Assembly: GCF_006345805.1 (NCBI RefSeq)
Contig: NC_042998.1
Location: 143,592,001 to 143,656,000 of the forward strand
Direction of reading: 5' to 3'
DNA: 64,000 bases
Source of the DNA: Octopus sinensis
Lineage: Eukaryota
The position numbers were made by a program, and so were the translations under genes. This document shows positions 1 to 11,688 of this stretch, piece by piece; the first letter of the stretch is position 1, and each line of letters begins with the position of its first letter. Under the pieces are notes generated by a model. That model searched no databases and was not told the DNA's origin. It saw only the letters and a program-made list of their open reading frames with translations.

Positions 1-167
1 GCAAGAGACGCAATAGATAATATTGCTGGAGGTGCAGGGAAGGAGTGGATGATGGGATAGGGTCGATGATGGGTGCTAGTGAGGAGGGTGGTGTTGGAGA
101 GGTAAGGGCAAGTGCGGCAACGTGGGCGGGAGCAGGGGAACGAGCCGGGTTGAAGGTAGGGTCAGGG

Positions 168-230
<63 letters not shown>

Positions 231-233
<3 letters not shown>

Positions 234-457
234 ATTCATAAATAAGGGCAAACGAAAAAATTTCAAATGCCAAATATGCCGAAAAATTGGACATATTGTC
301 CATTAACCATATAATTTTTTCACAATACGCACGCTACTCGAAAAACAGGTGGATAGAAATTTCTAAAAAATTCCATTATTACCATATCGGACCGATTTCA
401 GGATTAGCTTATAACAGCCCTCCCTTCGTCAGTGATACATGTGGCAAAAGAAATAAA
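231..457 (-). mobile_element. Hammerhead-bearing repeat unit, copy 1 (Penelope pLTR-like)
   Basis: ~226-bp near-identical direct repeat of 717-942; carries a hammerhead core on the minus strand; abuts (TA)n. Confidence 0.7.
384..438 (-). ncRNA. Type I hammerhead ribozyme-like motif
   Basis: Minus strand GUAUCA-CUGACGA-AGGG..UCCU-GAAA-UCGG-UC-CGAUAU: intact core, GUC site after 390, stem I with an A.C mismatch at the first pair. Confidence 0.65.
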
Positions 458-716
458 AGAAATAAATGAGATACTTACTCATACCCATGGAAGAAGCAAA
501 CACTAAGTCATGAGCACAATTAAGTACCCCAAATACATCCAAAATAGAAATACTCTAGCCCATTCGAGACACGTGCGATTTGAACTAGTGCTCTCACAAA
601 GTGAAAGAGTCCGGGAGTGAACGCTTAAATTTATATCTAATGTAGGATAAAATTTTTTTCCAAAAAGATTCAATGGCCAGCATATTAAAAAATACCTTTA
701 AAGGTTAAAATTATAA

Positions 717-942
717 ACAATTCATAAATAAGGGCAAACGAAAAAAATTCAAATGCCAAATATGCCGAAAAATTGGACATATTGTCCATTAACCATATAA
801 TTTTTTCACAATACGCACGCTACTCGAAAAAAGGTGGACAGAAATTTCTAAAAAATTCCATCATTACCATATCGGACCGATTTCAGGGTTAGCTTATAAC
901 AGCCCTCCCTTCGTCAGTGATACATGTGGCAAAAGAAATAAA
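717..942 (-). mobile_element. Hammerhead-bearing repeat unit, copy 2
   Basis: Direct repeat of 231-457 with a few substitutions or indels. Confidence 0.7.
869..923 (-). ncRNA. Type I hammerhead ribozyme-like motif (copy 2)
   Basis: Same as 384-438 but with a perfect AGGG/CCCU stem II base; GUC site after 875. Confidence 0.65.
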
Positions 943-1159
943 TTTCAATTTTAACCTTTAAAGGTATTTTTTTATATGCTGGCCATTGATAAAAATTTTT
1001 GCGAAAAAAATTTTTTTAGAAAAACTTTTATCCCACATTAGATATATATATATATATATATACCCTCCTTCTTCCCTTCTTTCCTGAGCGTCCAATAATA
1101 CTTTATTTGTTCCACGTCCTTGCGTTGTTGTGTTTTTTTTTTTTCTTGTTTGGATTAAC

Positions 1160-1197
<38 letters not shown>

Positions 1198-1243
1198 CAT
1201 ACATACATACACACATATATACACACGCCACACACCACACACC

Positions 1244-1276
<33 letters not shown>

Positions 1277-1336
1277 TATATATATAATATATATATATGT
1301 TTTTATCATTTACTTTTTTCAGTCATTGGAGCATGA

Positions 1337-1480
1337 TGGGGCACCGTCTTGATGGGTTTAGTAGAACAGATGGTGGTGTTTTTAAAGCTTATTATTTATT
1401 TTTGTGGTCTCTTTTGCCGAAACACTGAATTACAGAGACATAAACAAACCAACACCAGTTGCTAAGCAGTAGTTGAGTGA
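1337..1480 (-). mobile_element. Degenerate SINE 3' fragment
   Basis: gtctcttttgccgaaacactgaattacagagac matches the reverse complement of the SINE body at 5681-5847. Confidence 0.5.
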
Positions 1481-1542
1481 GAAACTTACACAGAGATAAA
1501 CATACATCCATCCACCAATCCATATATATGTATGTGTGTGTG

Positions 1543-1573
<31 letters not shown>

Positions 1574-2063
1574 ATAAAGAACTCGTACTATATATATATA
1601 TATATATAGATAGATAGATAGATAGATAGATGATATGATATATATATAAAAAAAACTCGTAGCTAATTCCTCATTACTCAGTATCCAAAAGATCATTACA
1701 ATTTCGCGCATTTAATAAATAAAATATATATATATATATATATGATATATATATATATATTATATATATATATATATACATACATACATCTACAAATACA
1801 TACATACATACATACATACATACATCATAACACACTTAAAAGAAAAATAAGAAAATTGAGATTAATCAATTAATAATTATACTTATTAATTGCAAAAATA
1901 GACATAATCCTTGACGGCTGTTTCAATTCAGACTTTAGAGATTGTAATTGAAATAATTAAATAATCATAAAGTAGAAACTCGTCGGAAATAGAAAGAAAA
2001 AAAGATATACCATAACATTTTTATGTGTTAAGTGTACGGATCATGTCAGCTAAGTGAAATATA

Positions 2064-2107
<44 letters not shown>

Positions 2108-2464
2108 GTATGTATGTATGTATGTATGTATGTATGTATGTATGTATGTATGTATGTATACAAAGATGAGAACCAGAAAATGGAATCCACGAGACTCTTT
2201 ATTCAAACAATTACAATCGTTTCGACTAATCATGCACGTACCTTACAGGTGAGATGCTGTACCTTACGTACCTTACAGGTGGGATGCTGTACAATCAATT
2301 GTCATGCATTATAGATGCAGAAGTTTCTCTTCAGATGACTTTCCAAATAAGTACTATGGTTTTTACTTGCCATTTCGCTTATTTCTATAACAACACATTT
2401 TTACTTAGTGTAGATTTCTTCTGATATAAACGATAAAACCATAAAAGTATATAATAAAATATTG

Positions 2465-2798
2465 AGACCCCCTTCGGTTATGAATGACCATGGGATTGCA
2501 CCTAGAAAGTTACCCTCCGAGGCACAAGTCCGGGCAAGGTTGTTTATGGAAGGCCAACAGTCACGCATGCATACCAGCCTCCCGTCTCCACACCACTGAT
2601 GTTATCCAAGGGAAAGGCAAAGGGCGATACAGCTTGGCGCCAGTGGTGTCACAACTAATTTCTACAGCTGAGTTAACTGAAGCAACGTGAAATAAAGTGT
2701 CTTGCTCAAGAACACAACACGCAGCCCGTCCGGGAATCAAACTCACAACCTCACGATCGTAAGCTCGACGTGCTAACCACTGAGCCATGCGCCTTCAC
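2465..2798 (-). mobile_element. tRNA-derived SINE, near full length
   Basis: Minus strand A-box TGGCTCAGTGG and B-box-like GAGTTTGATTCC, followed by ttgagcaagacact; related heads recur in the window. Confidence 0.85.
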
Positions 2799-2941
2799 AA
2801 TAAAATATACAAGGATAAAAAAAGATAAGGAATCAAAAATTAAAATAAAATAAAGCAAAATGGAATACACCGATAATAAGACATAGATAAATTTTTAAAA
2901 ATACTTATGCATGAGATCAAAATAGAACAAAATAAAAAAAA

Positions 2942-2985
2942 ACAATGGGACGTTATATCAAACAAATAATTTAGCATATATATAG

Positions 2986-3038
<53 letters not shown>

Positions 3039-3070
3039 TAACTATTTGCTTTGATATAACGTCCAATTGT
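2942..3070. repeat. Fold-back: ~38-bp inverted arms around (TA)n
   Basis: acaatgggacgttatatcaaacaaataatttagcata vs tatgctaactatttgctttgatataacgtccaattgt. Confidence 0.8.
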
Positions 3071-3433
3071 TATAATAAAAATTTTAAAAATTTTTAATAA
3101 AAAAATAAAAAATATTAATAATTAAATAAAATAATAATCAAAATAATATATTTATATTATAAGTTTAAATTATTAACTTAAATAATTTTTTAAATTTTAA
3201 CTTTAATTTAAATATTTTAATTGGATTTTTATATTTTATATTTTATATTGTTTATATATATTTTTAATTAATTTTATTTCTATGTATTGGCTTATGATTT
3301 TCACTGTTTGATTTGCCTAGTAGTGGTTTTATCTCTAATTTAATATAATATTATATATATATATATGTTCCAGCATGGCCGCAGTCAAATGACTGAAACA
3401 AGTATATATATTATATATATATATATATTACAT

Positions 3434-3678
3434 GTGGAGGCACACGGCCGGTCGAGGATCGCGGGTTCGAATCTTAGACCGGGCGATGTGTGTATTTATG
3501 AGCGAAACACCTAAGTTCCACGTGGCTCCGGCAGAAGGTAATGGCGAACTTCTGCTGACTCTTTCGCCACAAATTTCTCTCACTCTTTCCTCCTGCATCT
3601 TGCGACGGGCCGGCGTCCCGTCCAGGTGGGGAATCTATACGCCAAGGAACCCGGGAAATCGGCCCTATGAGCCAGGCG
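3434..3678 (+). mobile_element. tRNA-derived SINE (second family, head partly deleted)
   Basis: B-box GGTTCGAATC, body atgagcgaaacacct, 3' ggcgtcccgtccagg...ggccctatgag. Confidence 0.7.
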
Positions 3679-4159
3679 TAAAGGAATAAACAAAAATATT
3701 TATTACACGCACATGTACTCACGCGCGCACACACACATATACACACACATACACACACACAAATATACATAAATATATATCGTACGCGTTATAGATATTG
3801 CCGATTTTTGTGTTGGGGTTATTCTAATTATTTAGAGAGAGAATATGAAACCCAAGTCAGAGAAAGGCACAGAGATCAGCTTGCAATATCTTAAGTCGGT
3901 ATTGTGTGCCTAGTGATTAAGCAGATATCACATGCATCTAGCTATCTCCATCACAATTTAAGCCCTTTGATCCACAATACTTCTCTGTCTGTCCACTGAC
4001 AATTGTTCTTTTTATATTTGGTGTTAATTCATTACCACATCACCCATTCGTCCACCTACATATACTGATATACATATTGGTACATATACACCCAGAAACT
4101 CAATGCCATATACTGAGACGTACACGATATAGACAAGTAAGTACTGGGTTTGAGTTCTT

Positions 4160-4294
4160 GATCTAGGCAAAACGAACACCCTGGAGATGATACCCGATCT
4201 TAAATTCTAACTGAAGATCATAGTTGAAAGTGGAAGGCCTAGATGCCAGCCATGGTGTAGCACCAACCACTTGAAAGAACTCTGCCCAAAATAA
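4160..4294 (+). pseudogene. L1/Tx1-type ORF1 zinc-knuckle remnant
   Basis: Translates LKIIVESGRPRCQPWCSTNHLKELCP, a C-x2-C-x4-H-x4-C knuckle with one W-for-C substitution, preceded by an IVEGRRP-like motif; stop codons nearby. Confidence 0.45.
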
Positions 4295-4518
4295 CACAGG
4301 GGGCAAAAAGAAGTCTCACACTGCAAATAACGTCGCAATAAGAGCAAAAATAACACCATCAACGGCAACATCAACAAATGGAGCATCTTGCAGTCTAACA
4401 GCATTAGCTACGTACTACGACAACAGCATCAATAACTAAAATATATGGTATATTGTCAGGCGCTCACTGCCTTCTTCCATTTACACATTTATGCGTTGGT
4501 GTGGGCACTTATACATAC

Positions 4519-4761
4519 ATAAGAAGTTTACTTCCCAACCACATGGTTCCGGGTTCAGTCCTACTGCGTGACACCTTGGGCAAGTGCATTTTACTATAGC
4601 CTCGGGCCGACCAAAGCCCTGTGAGTGGAAACTGAAAGCAGCCTGTCATATATATGTGTATGTCTGTCAGTCTGTATTTATCCCCCAGCATCGCTTGACA
4701 ACCAGTGTCCTTGGAGGTGGTGCTCCGTTATGGCCTCAATCAAATGACTGAAACAAATAAA

Positions 4762-4765
<4 letters not shown>
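4519..4765 (+). mobile_element. Abundant SINE family (internally deleted)
   Basis: aagaagtttacttcccaaccacatggttccgggttcagtcc...ccttgggcaagtg...3' end caaatgactgaaacaaataaaaga shared with 3366-3402, 5681-5847 and 35019-35570. Confidence 0.8.
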
Positions 4766-4794
<29 letters not shown>

Positions 4795-4795
4795 T

Positions 4796-4826
<31 letters not shown>

Positions 4827-5054
4827 CTATATTCTAAGCGCTAATCATTTTATCAAGTGGCCAGCGTGTAATAAAAACCATACGGTAACAATTCATACTA
4901 ATATATAATTGTATAATATAATTATATTAAAGGGTGCGGATAAACTCCACAAACACGCTAGAAATAGACGCCGAATGTCTCTAAAAACCACATCTACACT
5001 CCGTTAGCACAGGTTGTAAGCGGACAGATGAATAAGATTTTTTTTAAATGGTTA

Positions 5055-5110
5055 ACTGTAGATCGATTTCTGGCTTAGGGTTCTAAAACCCTTGCTGTCA
5101 TCAGTACAAT
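5055..5110 (-). ncRNA. Type I hammerhead ribozyme-like motif
   Basis: Minus strand AUUGUA-CUGAUGA-CAGC-A-AGGGUU-UUAG-AACCCU-AA-GCCA-GAAA-UCGA-UC-UACAGU: 6-bp stem I, intact core, palindromic AUCGAU stem III, AUC site after 5061; two mismatches at the base of stem II. Confidence 0.7.
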
Positions 5111-5580
5111 GTGCCATAGTATATAAATGCAAATATTTATACATACCCATATGAACAACATACATCCGCACGATTATATACATACCTTTATATGTATACA
5201 CTAGTTAAGTCTAATTTTTTCACCTCAACCACGTAAATGAATGTATATAATCAAATTTTTTCATCTCAACCATGCAATGTATGTATATAATAGTATAAAT
5301 TGTTACCTGCATGGTTTTATTAAACGCTGGCCACTTGATAAAATCATTAAAGTGGTTTTATCCTTAATTTTGTATAAATGCATATTTTTGCTCGTGATCA
5401 AATTGCATTCACTGCGACATTATTATGGTCCTAAAAGCACGTGGTTGAGATGAACAAATCAGATTTAACTAGCGTATACATGTAAATGTGTGTGTGTGTG
5501 TGTGTGTGTGGTGTGTCGTGTGTGTGCGTGTGTGCGTACGTGTGTGTGTGTATGTATGTATTGGAGCTACCGGCGCGAAT

Positions 5581-5680
5581 NNNNNNNNNNNNNNNNNNNN
5601 NNNNNNNNNNNNNNNNNNNNNNNNNNNNNNNNNNNNNNNNNNNNNNNNNNNNNNNNNNNNNNNNNNNNNNNNNNNNNNNN
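5581..5680. other. Assembly gap (100 N)
   Basis: Run of N. Confidence 1.
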
Positions 5681-5847
5681 TGACAATCGATGCCGGTGTG
5701 TTTACGACCCCGTAACTTAGCGGTTGGGCCCAAGAGACCGATAGAATAAGTACTAGGCTTACAAAGAATAAGTCCTGGGGTCGATTTGCTCGACTAAAGG
5801 CGGTGCTCCAGTAAGGCCACAGTCAAATGACTGAAACAAATAAAAGA
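5681..5847 (+). mobile_element. SINE 3' half
   Basis: tgacaatcgatgccggtgtgtttacg...gtcctggggtcgatttgctcgactaaaggcggtgctccag...gactgaaacaaataaaaga. Confidence 0.8.
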
Positions 5848-5873
5848 GTATATATATATATATATAATATATA

Positions 5874-6311
5874 CAGGATGCGATGGGTAAATTGTCAACA
5901 TTTTATATTTTGTATTTTGCGCATGCGTTTTGTTTGTTTTTGATTTTGTCGACTACATATTATAGTAGGGTCGTTCATTCTCCCACACGGCCGCAGACTC
6001 AACACAGGGGCCTACATCAAGGGCCTGGAGGAGGTAGTGCTGCCCTGGGTCAAGAGGGTAATACCAAAGAGGCGCTGAAGGCAAAGATTTTGGCAGTATT
6101 CACCAATTTACACCAGGAGGCTGTCCAGAAGAGTTGCAGAAGATTCCGAAGTCGTCTGGAAGCCGCGGTTGAGGCCAATGGCGATTTTAGTAAATAAATT
6201 TACTCTTTAGTATTTCAAAACATTTTTATGTAAATACATCTGTTAAAATGAGATGTCAGTATTATTTTCATTTTTGCATAATTTAGATGACAGTTTATTC
6301 ACCACACCCTG
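5874..6311 (+). mobile_element. Internally deleted Tc1/mariner element (C-terminus resembling the DD37D/maT type)
   Basis: Imperfect 24-bp TIRs caggatgcgatgggtaaattgtca / tgacagtttattcaccacaccctg in a TA context; residual NTKEALKAKILAVF...CRRFRSRLEAAVEANGDF. Confidence 0.75.
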
Positions 6312-6329
6312 TTTATATATATATATATA

Positions 6330-6520
6330 ACAACTGGTTCAGGAGCATCCGACAAAAGGAAGATAAAATTAAGTACAAAATAACTTGGTCCATTAGTAAA
6401 GCCCGCGAAACCATACAATATCATTTCCAGCAGATGCCGACTCTGCTCCGAGGAATCCCTGTCTATTCTGTGAACCAATGAGATCATTTATAGAATACAG
6501 ACTTTGTATAAGCCAATGCT
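6330..6520 (+). pseudogene. Penelope-like element GIY-YIG endonuclease C-terminal remnant
   Basis: Frameshifted translation KIKYKITWSI / KPAKPYNIISSRCRLCSEESLSIL resembles the W-x-I...Y...C-x-L-C-x2-E-K tail of Penelope-like endonucleases. Confidence 0.5.
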
Positions 6521-7422
6521 TGTATATATAAAGTTATCTATTTGTCTGCATGCATGCATGTGTTTGTATGTGTGTGTGTGTGTGTGTGTGTGTTTGTGTT
6601 TGTGTGTGTGTGTGTGTGTAAATGTGTGTGTCGTAAGTAATTGTGTGTGTTTAGGAATTCATTAATGTCGTTATCATCTCTATTACATTTCTCTCTCTCT
6701 CCCTCCCTCCAGACTTTCTCTTTCTCTCTTTCCTTCTTTCTCTCTCCCGTCTCCCCTCTCTTTCTCTCTCTCCCTTCTCTCTTTCTTTCACTACCTCTGT
6801 TTCCTATTTTCTCTATAGGGTATGGATAAATTCTTATAAACACCAAGTAGCTATTTAACTCGCTTTGTGATCGTGAGTGCACCAAACCACACGTCTGCGT
6901 ATTCTTGCTTTTCCGCAGATGCTTCTATGAGCAAGTATACACGGGCTATGCAGCTTGCACGAGGGTGTTTATATAACCATATTTGCTAACAGTTATTTTC
7001 AATACTTTCCTCGCTGTATTGCGTGTTCGTTTCTTTTTTTGCATCTGTGATTTAATTTTTGATCTCCTATATAAATAAAGATATTTCCTTCGTTTTCCTG
7101 CTTTTCTTTCTACGAAATGAGAAGATAAATTGCAGAACTGTTATTTTAACGAGTTGTGTCTATTTATCACCCGATGAGACACATCTGTACCGATGGTGCT
7201 CCTGAACCTGTTTTTAAATGTCCCACCCGTGAGAAATCGATGCTAGATGAGTCGAGTCATAGCAATTGTCGTGATTAATAATAAAATCTCGTATATGCCA
7301 TCTTACGTCTTTCATTTACCATATACATAACGAACACTGTAAAAACGGCCGTGCTTTACCAGTAAGCTACCCGGTGTAAACCATTCATTTTATTATCTAA
7401 TATATATATATATATATATATA

Positions 7423-8660
7423 CGAGGGGTACCCAAAAGTAACCGGAAACGTTCTTTGTAGGACTTGCCCATTGTAGTTCAGGCTTCCGCCGTTAGAAGC
7501 CACTTGATGCGACCCTCAGGCATCAGTCTGTCGACCGGCGTCGTCGTGTTTACTGCTACATGGTACGTATTTGTTTTTCAGTGCTTCTTCCCTGTTCGTC
7601 CATTGTCGGGTGGCTGGAACGAAGATAGAGCATGCTTCCGTGAAATTCTATTTTCTGCTGGAGAAAACTGTGGTCGAAACAGTTGCCATACTTCAAACAG
7701 CTTGCAAAGACGCTGCCATGAGCAGAACACGTTTGCGAGTAGTTTTCACGTTTTAGAAAAAAGTCACTTGGAAGACCAACTCATTCAGGGCCACTGTCGA
7801 ACTCCCGAACGAATGAAAACATCACAAAAATTCATGAACTGATCTTGGAGGACCGTCGGCGAATAATTGTCGAACTTGTTGATATGAGCAGTGCATCCGG
7901 GAACTCCTGCCAATGAATTTTGAGCGAGGAATTGTGAGTGAAAAGAGTTGCAGCAAAATTTGTGCCGCGCTTGCTCAACTAGGATCAAAAGTAGTCACGA
8001 CTGAATGCGTGTCGTGAACTGAAAAACAGCTGGAAGTTGATCAATACCTTTTTTCGAAGTCATCACTGGTGACGAAAGATGGTGCTACGGCTTCGACCCG
8101 GAAACGAAGCATTCAATGTCACCACGCCCCAAAAGAGCACGTCGAGTGAAGTCCAATGTCAAAAAGGATACTGATTTGTTTCATCGATGAGAAAGGAATT
8201 GTCCACACAAAATTTGTTTCTCCTGGTCAAGCTGTTAACCATGTAAACATGTAAAACTAAGTGAATAACTTGGGCGTTGTGAAGCATTTGCAAGACGCGG
8301 TGAGACGAAAACGCCAAAGTGACAAAGTGCAGAGTAGTGGTTTCGTTACGGCAATGCGCCTTGAGTGCGAGACTGATTTTGACGAAAAATGGTATGACTC
8401 CGCTTGCCCAACCTCCCAATTCACTCGATCTTGCTCCCAATGGCATTTTTCGTTCCCCTGAATGAAAAAAGCACTTAAAGGAAAACGTTTTGCAGGAGTG
8501 GAAGAGGTGAAGAAAAAAAAAAACTACGGAGGTATTAAAAAGCATCGATGGACCGATGCGTTACTTCAAATGGAGAATATTTTCAAGTCGATAAAAGTGT
8601 AAACATGTAAAACTAAGTGAATAAAATAATATTGTAAAATTCCGGTTTCTTACCCCCTCG
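7423..8660 (+). mobile_element. Decayed full-span mariner (DD34D) element
   Basis: TA-flanked TIRs cgaggggtacccaaaagtaaccggaa / ttccggtttcttaccccctcg; remnants ITGDERWCYGFDPETK and FVSPGQAVNH; many frameshifts. Confidence 0.85.
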
Positions 8661-8851
8661 TATGTATGTATATACCCCCTCGTATATATGTATATGTATA
8701 TATATATGTATATATATATATGTATGTATGTGTGTATGTATGTAAGTATGTATGTATATATACATACATGCATATATGTATGTATGTATGTATGCATATG
8801 TGTGTGTGTATTATACATACATACATATATCTGTATATATTTACACACACA

Positions 8852-8893
<42 letters not shown>

Positions 8894-9694
8894 TATATAT
8901 GAAGTAAATTATTTTTAAAAGTTGTTTTTTAAAGTTTTAAATAGTAAGATGTAGAAAATTGATTAACAAAACTTAAGTACCAAAAGTACTAAACTTCTTG
9001 TACTTTTTCTGATAAAGGACTAACTCCAAAACGTTATGTCTCTCTTTTCATTGAAACGTCATGCAAATGTCGTATTTGGTAAACATTGTCTCTCCCATTA
9101 TTCTACACGCAGTTATTTATAGCTTTATCTACTTCGCGTTTCACCGAAGATTCTAAGTTTATATATATTTATATATTTATTATAATTATTATTATATAAC
9201 TTTGTGTGTGTGAGTGTGTGTGTATGTGGTGTAAATGCAGTGAACAGTAAAAAGGCAACGCATGAAGGACAAGTTTTAACAAATACGATATTACTTTGAC
9301 GCTTTTATAGGAGAAAGAGTCACAACGTTTCGGATGTTAGTTCCTCATCAAAAGTAAGAGAAAAGCATAGTGAGTGAGAAAGAGAAGTAGCCAATGAGAA
9401 AAATTCGGCCGAAGAGTTAGAAACCAGGAAGGAACTTGATTCCCTGGGGTGAGTTAAGAAGAGAGGAGGTGTCTCATGTATATATAAACTTGAAAGGAGA
9501 CTAAAATTTTGTAAGGGGACAGTAATAGAATCTAGAAAGAAAATAGAAGAAATTGTTTTAAATACATTTTCAAATTTGCTGGATTGGTTGAACTGACCCA
9601 ATAAAAAGGTATCTTGTTTCCATTTTTTATCGCACTCTATTCTGTATTGTCATATTTCCCTTAGAACTCATATATTAAGTTGTCAGATAAATTT

Positions 9695-9955
9695 ATATTA
9701 TTTACATTATTTACATTTGACGGATATTTGTCCTCATCTTGCTTGTTGTTAACACAACGTTTCGGCTGATATACCCTACAGCTTTCTTGAAGTGTCTTGG
9801 GGAAATTTCGAACCTGGGTTCTCATTCCTAAGGTATTTTTCGATATTGTTGTTGTTGTTGTTATTATTATTATTCAGGTCACTGCCTAGAACCACTACGC
9901 CATATGCCCGTGGGTATATGGCGTAGTGGTTAAGTGAATAATAATAATAATAATA

Positions 9956-10001
<46 letters not shown>

Positions 10002-10178
10002 TATAATAATAATAAAATCGAAAAATACCTTAGGAATGAGAACCCCAGTTCGAAATTTCCCCAAGACACCTGATGAAGGCGGAGGGTATATCAGCTGAAA
10101 CGTGCTAACAACAAACAAGATGAGGACAATGTAGATAATGTACATAATTCCTCATCTCTTAAATATAGAACTGTATTA
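9695..10178. mobile_element. Fold-back non-autonomous element: tRNA-like head hairpin with two inverted hammerhead-like tails; 12-bp TSD
   Basis: Arms ~9700-9846 and ~10016-10140 are inverted copies; central hairpin aaccactacgccatatgccc-gt-gggtatatggcgtagtggtt; direct repeat tcagataaattt at 9683-9694 and 10179-10190. Confidence 0.75.
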
Positions 10179-11067
10179 TCAGATAAATTTGTTCTGTTTT
10201 TTTTTTTTTGTTTTTTTTTTATACTTTGCATTTCATCATCATATGATTGAAGAGAGGTAAAATTTATTCAAACTTCAAAAACGATAATCAGCAATTGCAG
10301 AAAAAGAATAGTGCTACAAAAAATCTAAAGCACAACAATAAAAATATTTTTCGTGTTAATTCAAATAACACTGGACAGGACTGAAATTATTGAGGGTTGA
10401 GAAACGAACGAATTAATCTCACAAGCCAATATAATCACTTCATTGCTATGGAAATCTAAACACTTTATCGCAGTGGAACTATTTTCACTAACAGCACAAC
10501 GTAGACACTTTAAGAAACTACTCCAATTCAGAGACACCAGACAGAAGCGACGAATCAGTATTTATTTTTTTATAGAATATATATATAATATTTAAATCAA
10601 GAATGTAAGAATGTACTCTATTAAAGTACTTCTTATGCTCTTTCTAGCTACTTCAGATTTTTAGATCTCTCTATATATAAACATAGCAATTCCTTTTTTA
10701 AAAAATGTGTTACTCAATTACTATATACAACTATTAGTAATTTTTTTATAACACTGAATCTATTTACTTCTGTTTTTGTGAATAAAGAAAATATCGGAAT
10801 GAAATTATAGATAGGAAAAGGGAAAGAAATACAAAAGCCTAGTAAATATCATAAAAAAACAGAAGAAAAGAAATGAATGAATAAATAAATAAAGACATTT
10901 AAATGACGAACAGAGAGAAAATTCCGTTGTATAAAATACTGGAAAAAAAGAAGCTTAAATTTAGTAACTCATGTAATGGAAAGATGTCATCAAGGAAAGT
11001 CTCATGTTTGGTCGTGCTGTAAGACTCTCATTCTGGTAGTTTTGTGTTGTAGTGTTCAATCCAACGA

Positions 11068-11190
11068 GGGCCCATGGACTCGTGATCATAAGACTGCTGG
11101 TTCGATTCTTGGACCGGGCGGTGCATTGTGACCTTAAGCAAGGCAATTCATTTCACATTGTTCCATTCTACTCAGCTGAAAATGAGTAAA
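11068..11190 (+). mobile_element. tRNA-derived SINE head fragment
   Basis: B-box GGTTCGATTC, then cttaagcaaggca...tttcacattgttcca..tcagctg. Confidence 0.65.
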
Positions 11191-11592
11191 AGCTGAGTAC
11201 TGGTATAGCCCTTTCTCCTTCCTGCTGTGGGATCCTGGATGTTGGATCAAGTGTGCTTAGCTCTAGGTCAGCTTTGACTGAGCAGAGGTAGTCTGATCGA
11301 TCAAAGTTAGTCCAGCCATGATTACCTTGTTTTACTTATTCATTTATTTTGCCATATCGGACACTATAATATGTCCTTTGTAAGACTGTAAGGTCTGATT
11401 TGAGGGAGATTCAGCATCTATGTCTTGCAAATTAAGTAACCCCATAGAGGTTCGCTCATTGGCTCATTGAGTATATTGCTAAAATAGTATTGGTGTTGGT
11501 GGTGATACAGCTTATTTGTCTGCTTTAGAAATGTGTGTGGATGTATGTTTGTACGTGCACGAAATCCCCACCTCTCTAACTCTCTACATGTA

Positions 11593-11688
<96 letters not shown>

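Larger units (their letters stand above)
632..1046. repeat. Imperfect inverted repeat arms (632-712 and 947-1046) flanking repeat copy 2
   Basis: tatatctaatgtaggataaaa...caatggccagcata...aaatacctttaaaggttaaaatt matches the reverse complement of 947-1046. Confidence 0.85.

Noticed and set aside
2720-2798. tRNA genes at SINE heads (also 49958, 56500 and others)
   Set aside because: A and B boxes are present, but there is no complete cloverleaf or acceptor stem and each continues into a SINE body.
4208-4235. CUGAAGA...GAAA motif
   Set aside because: No stem II or stem I; it falls inside the Tx1 ORF1 remnant.
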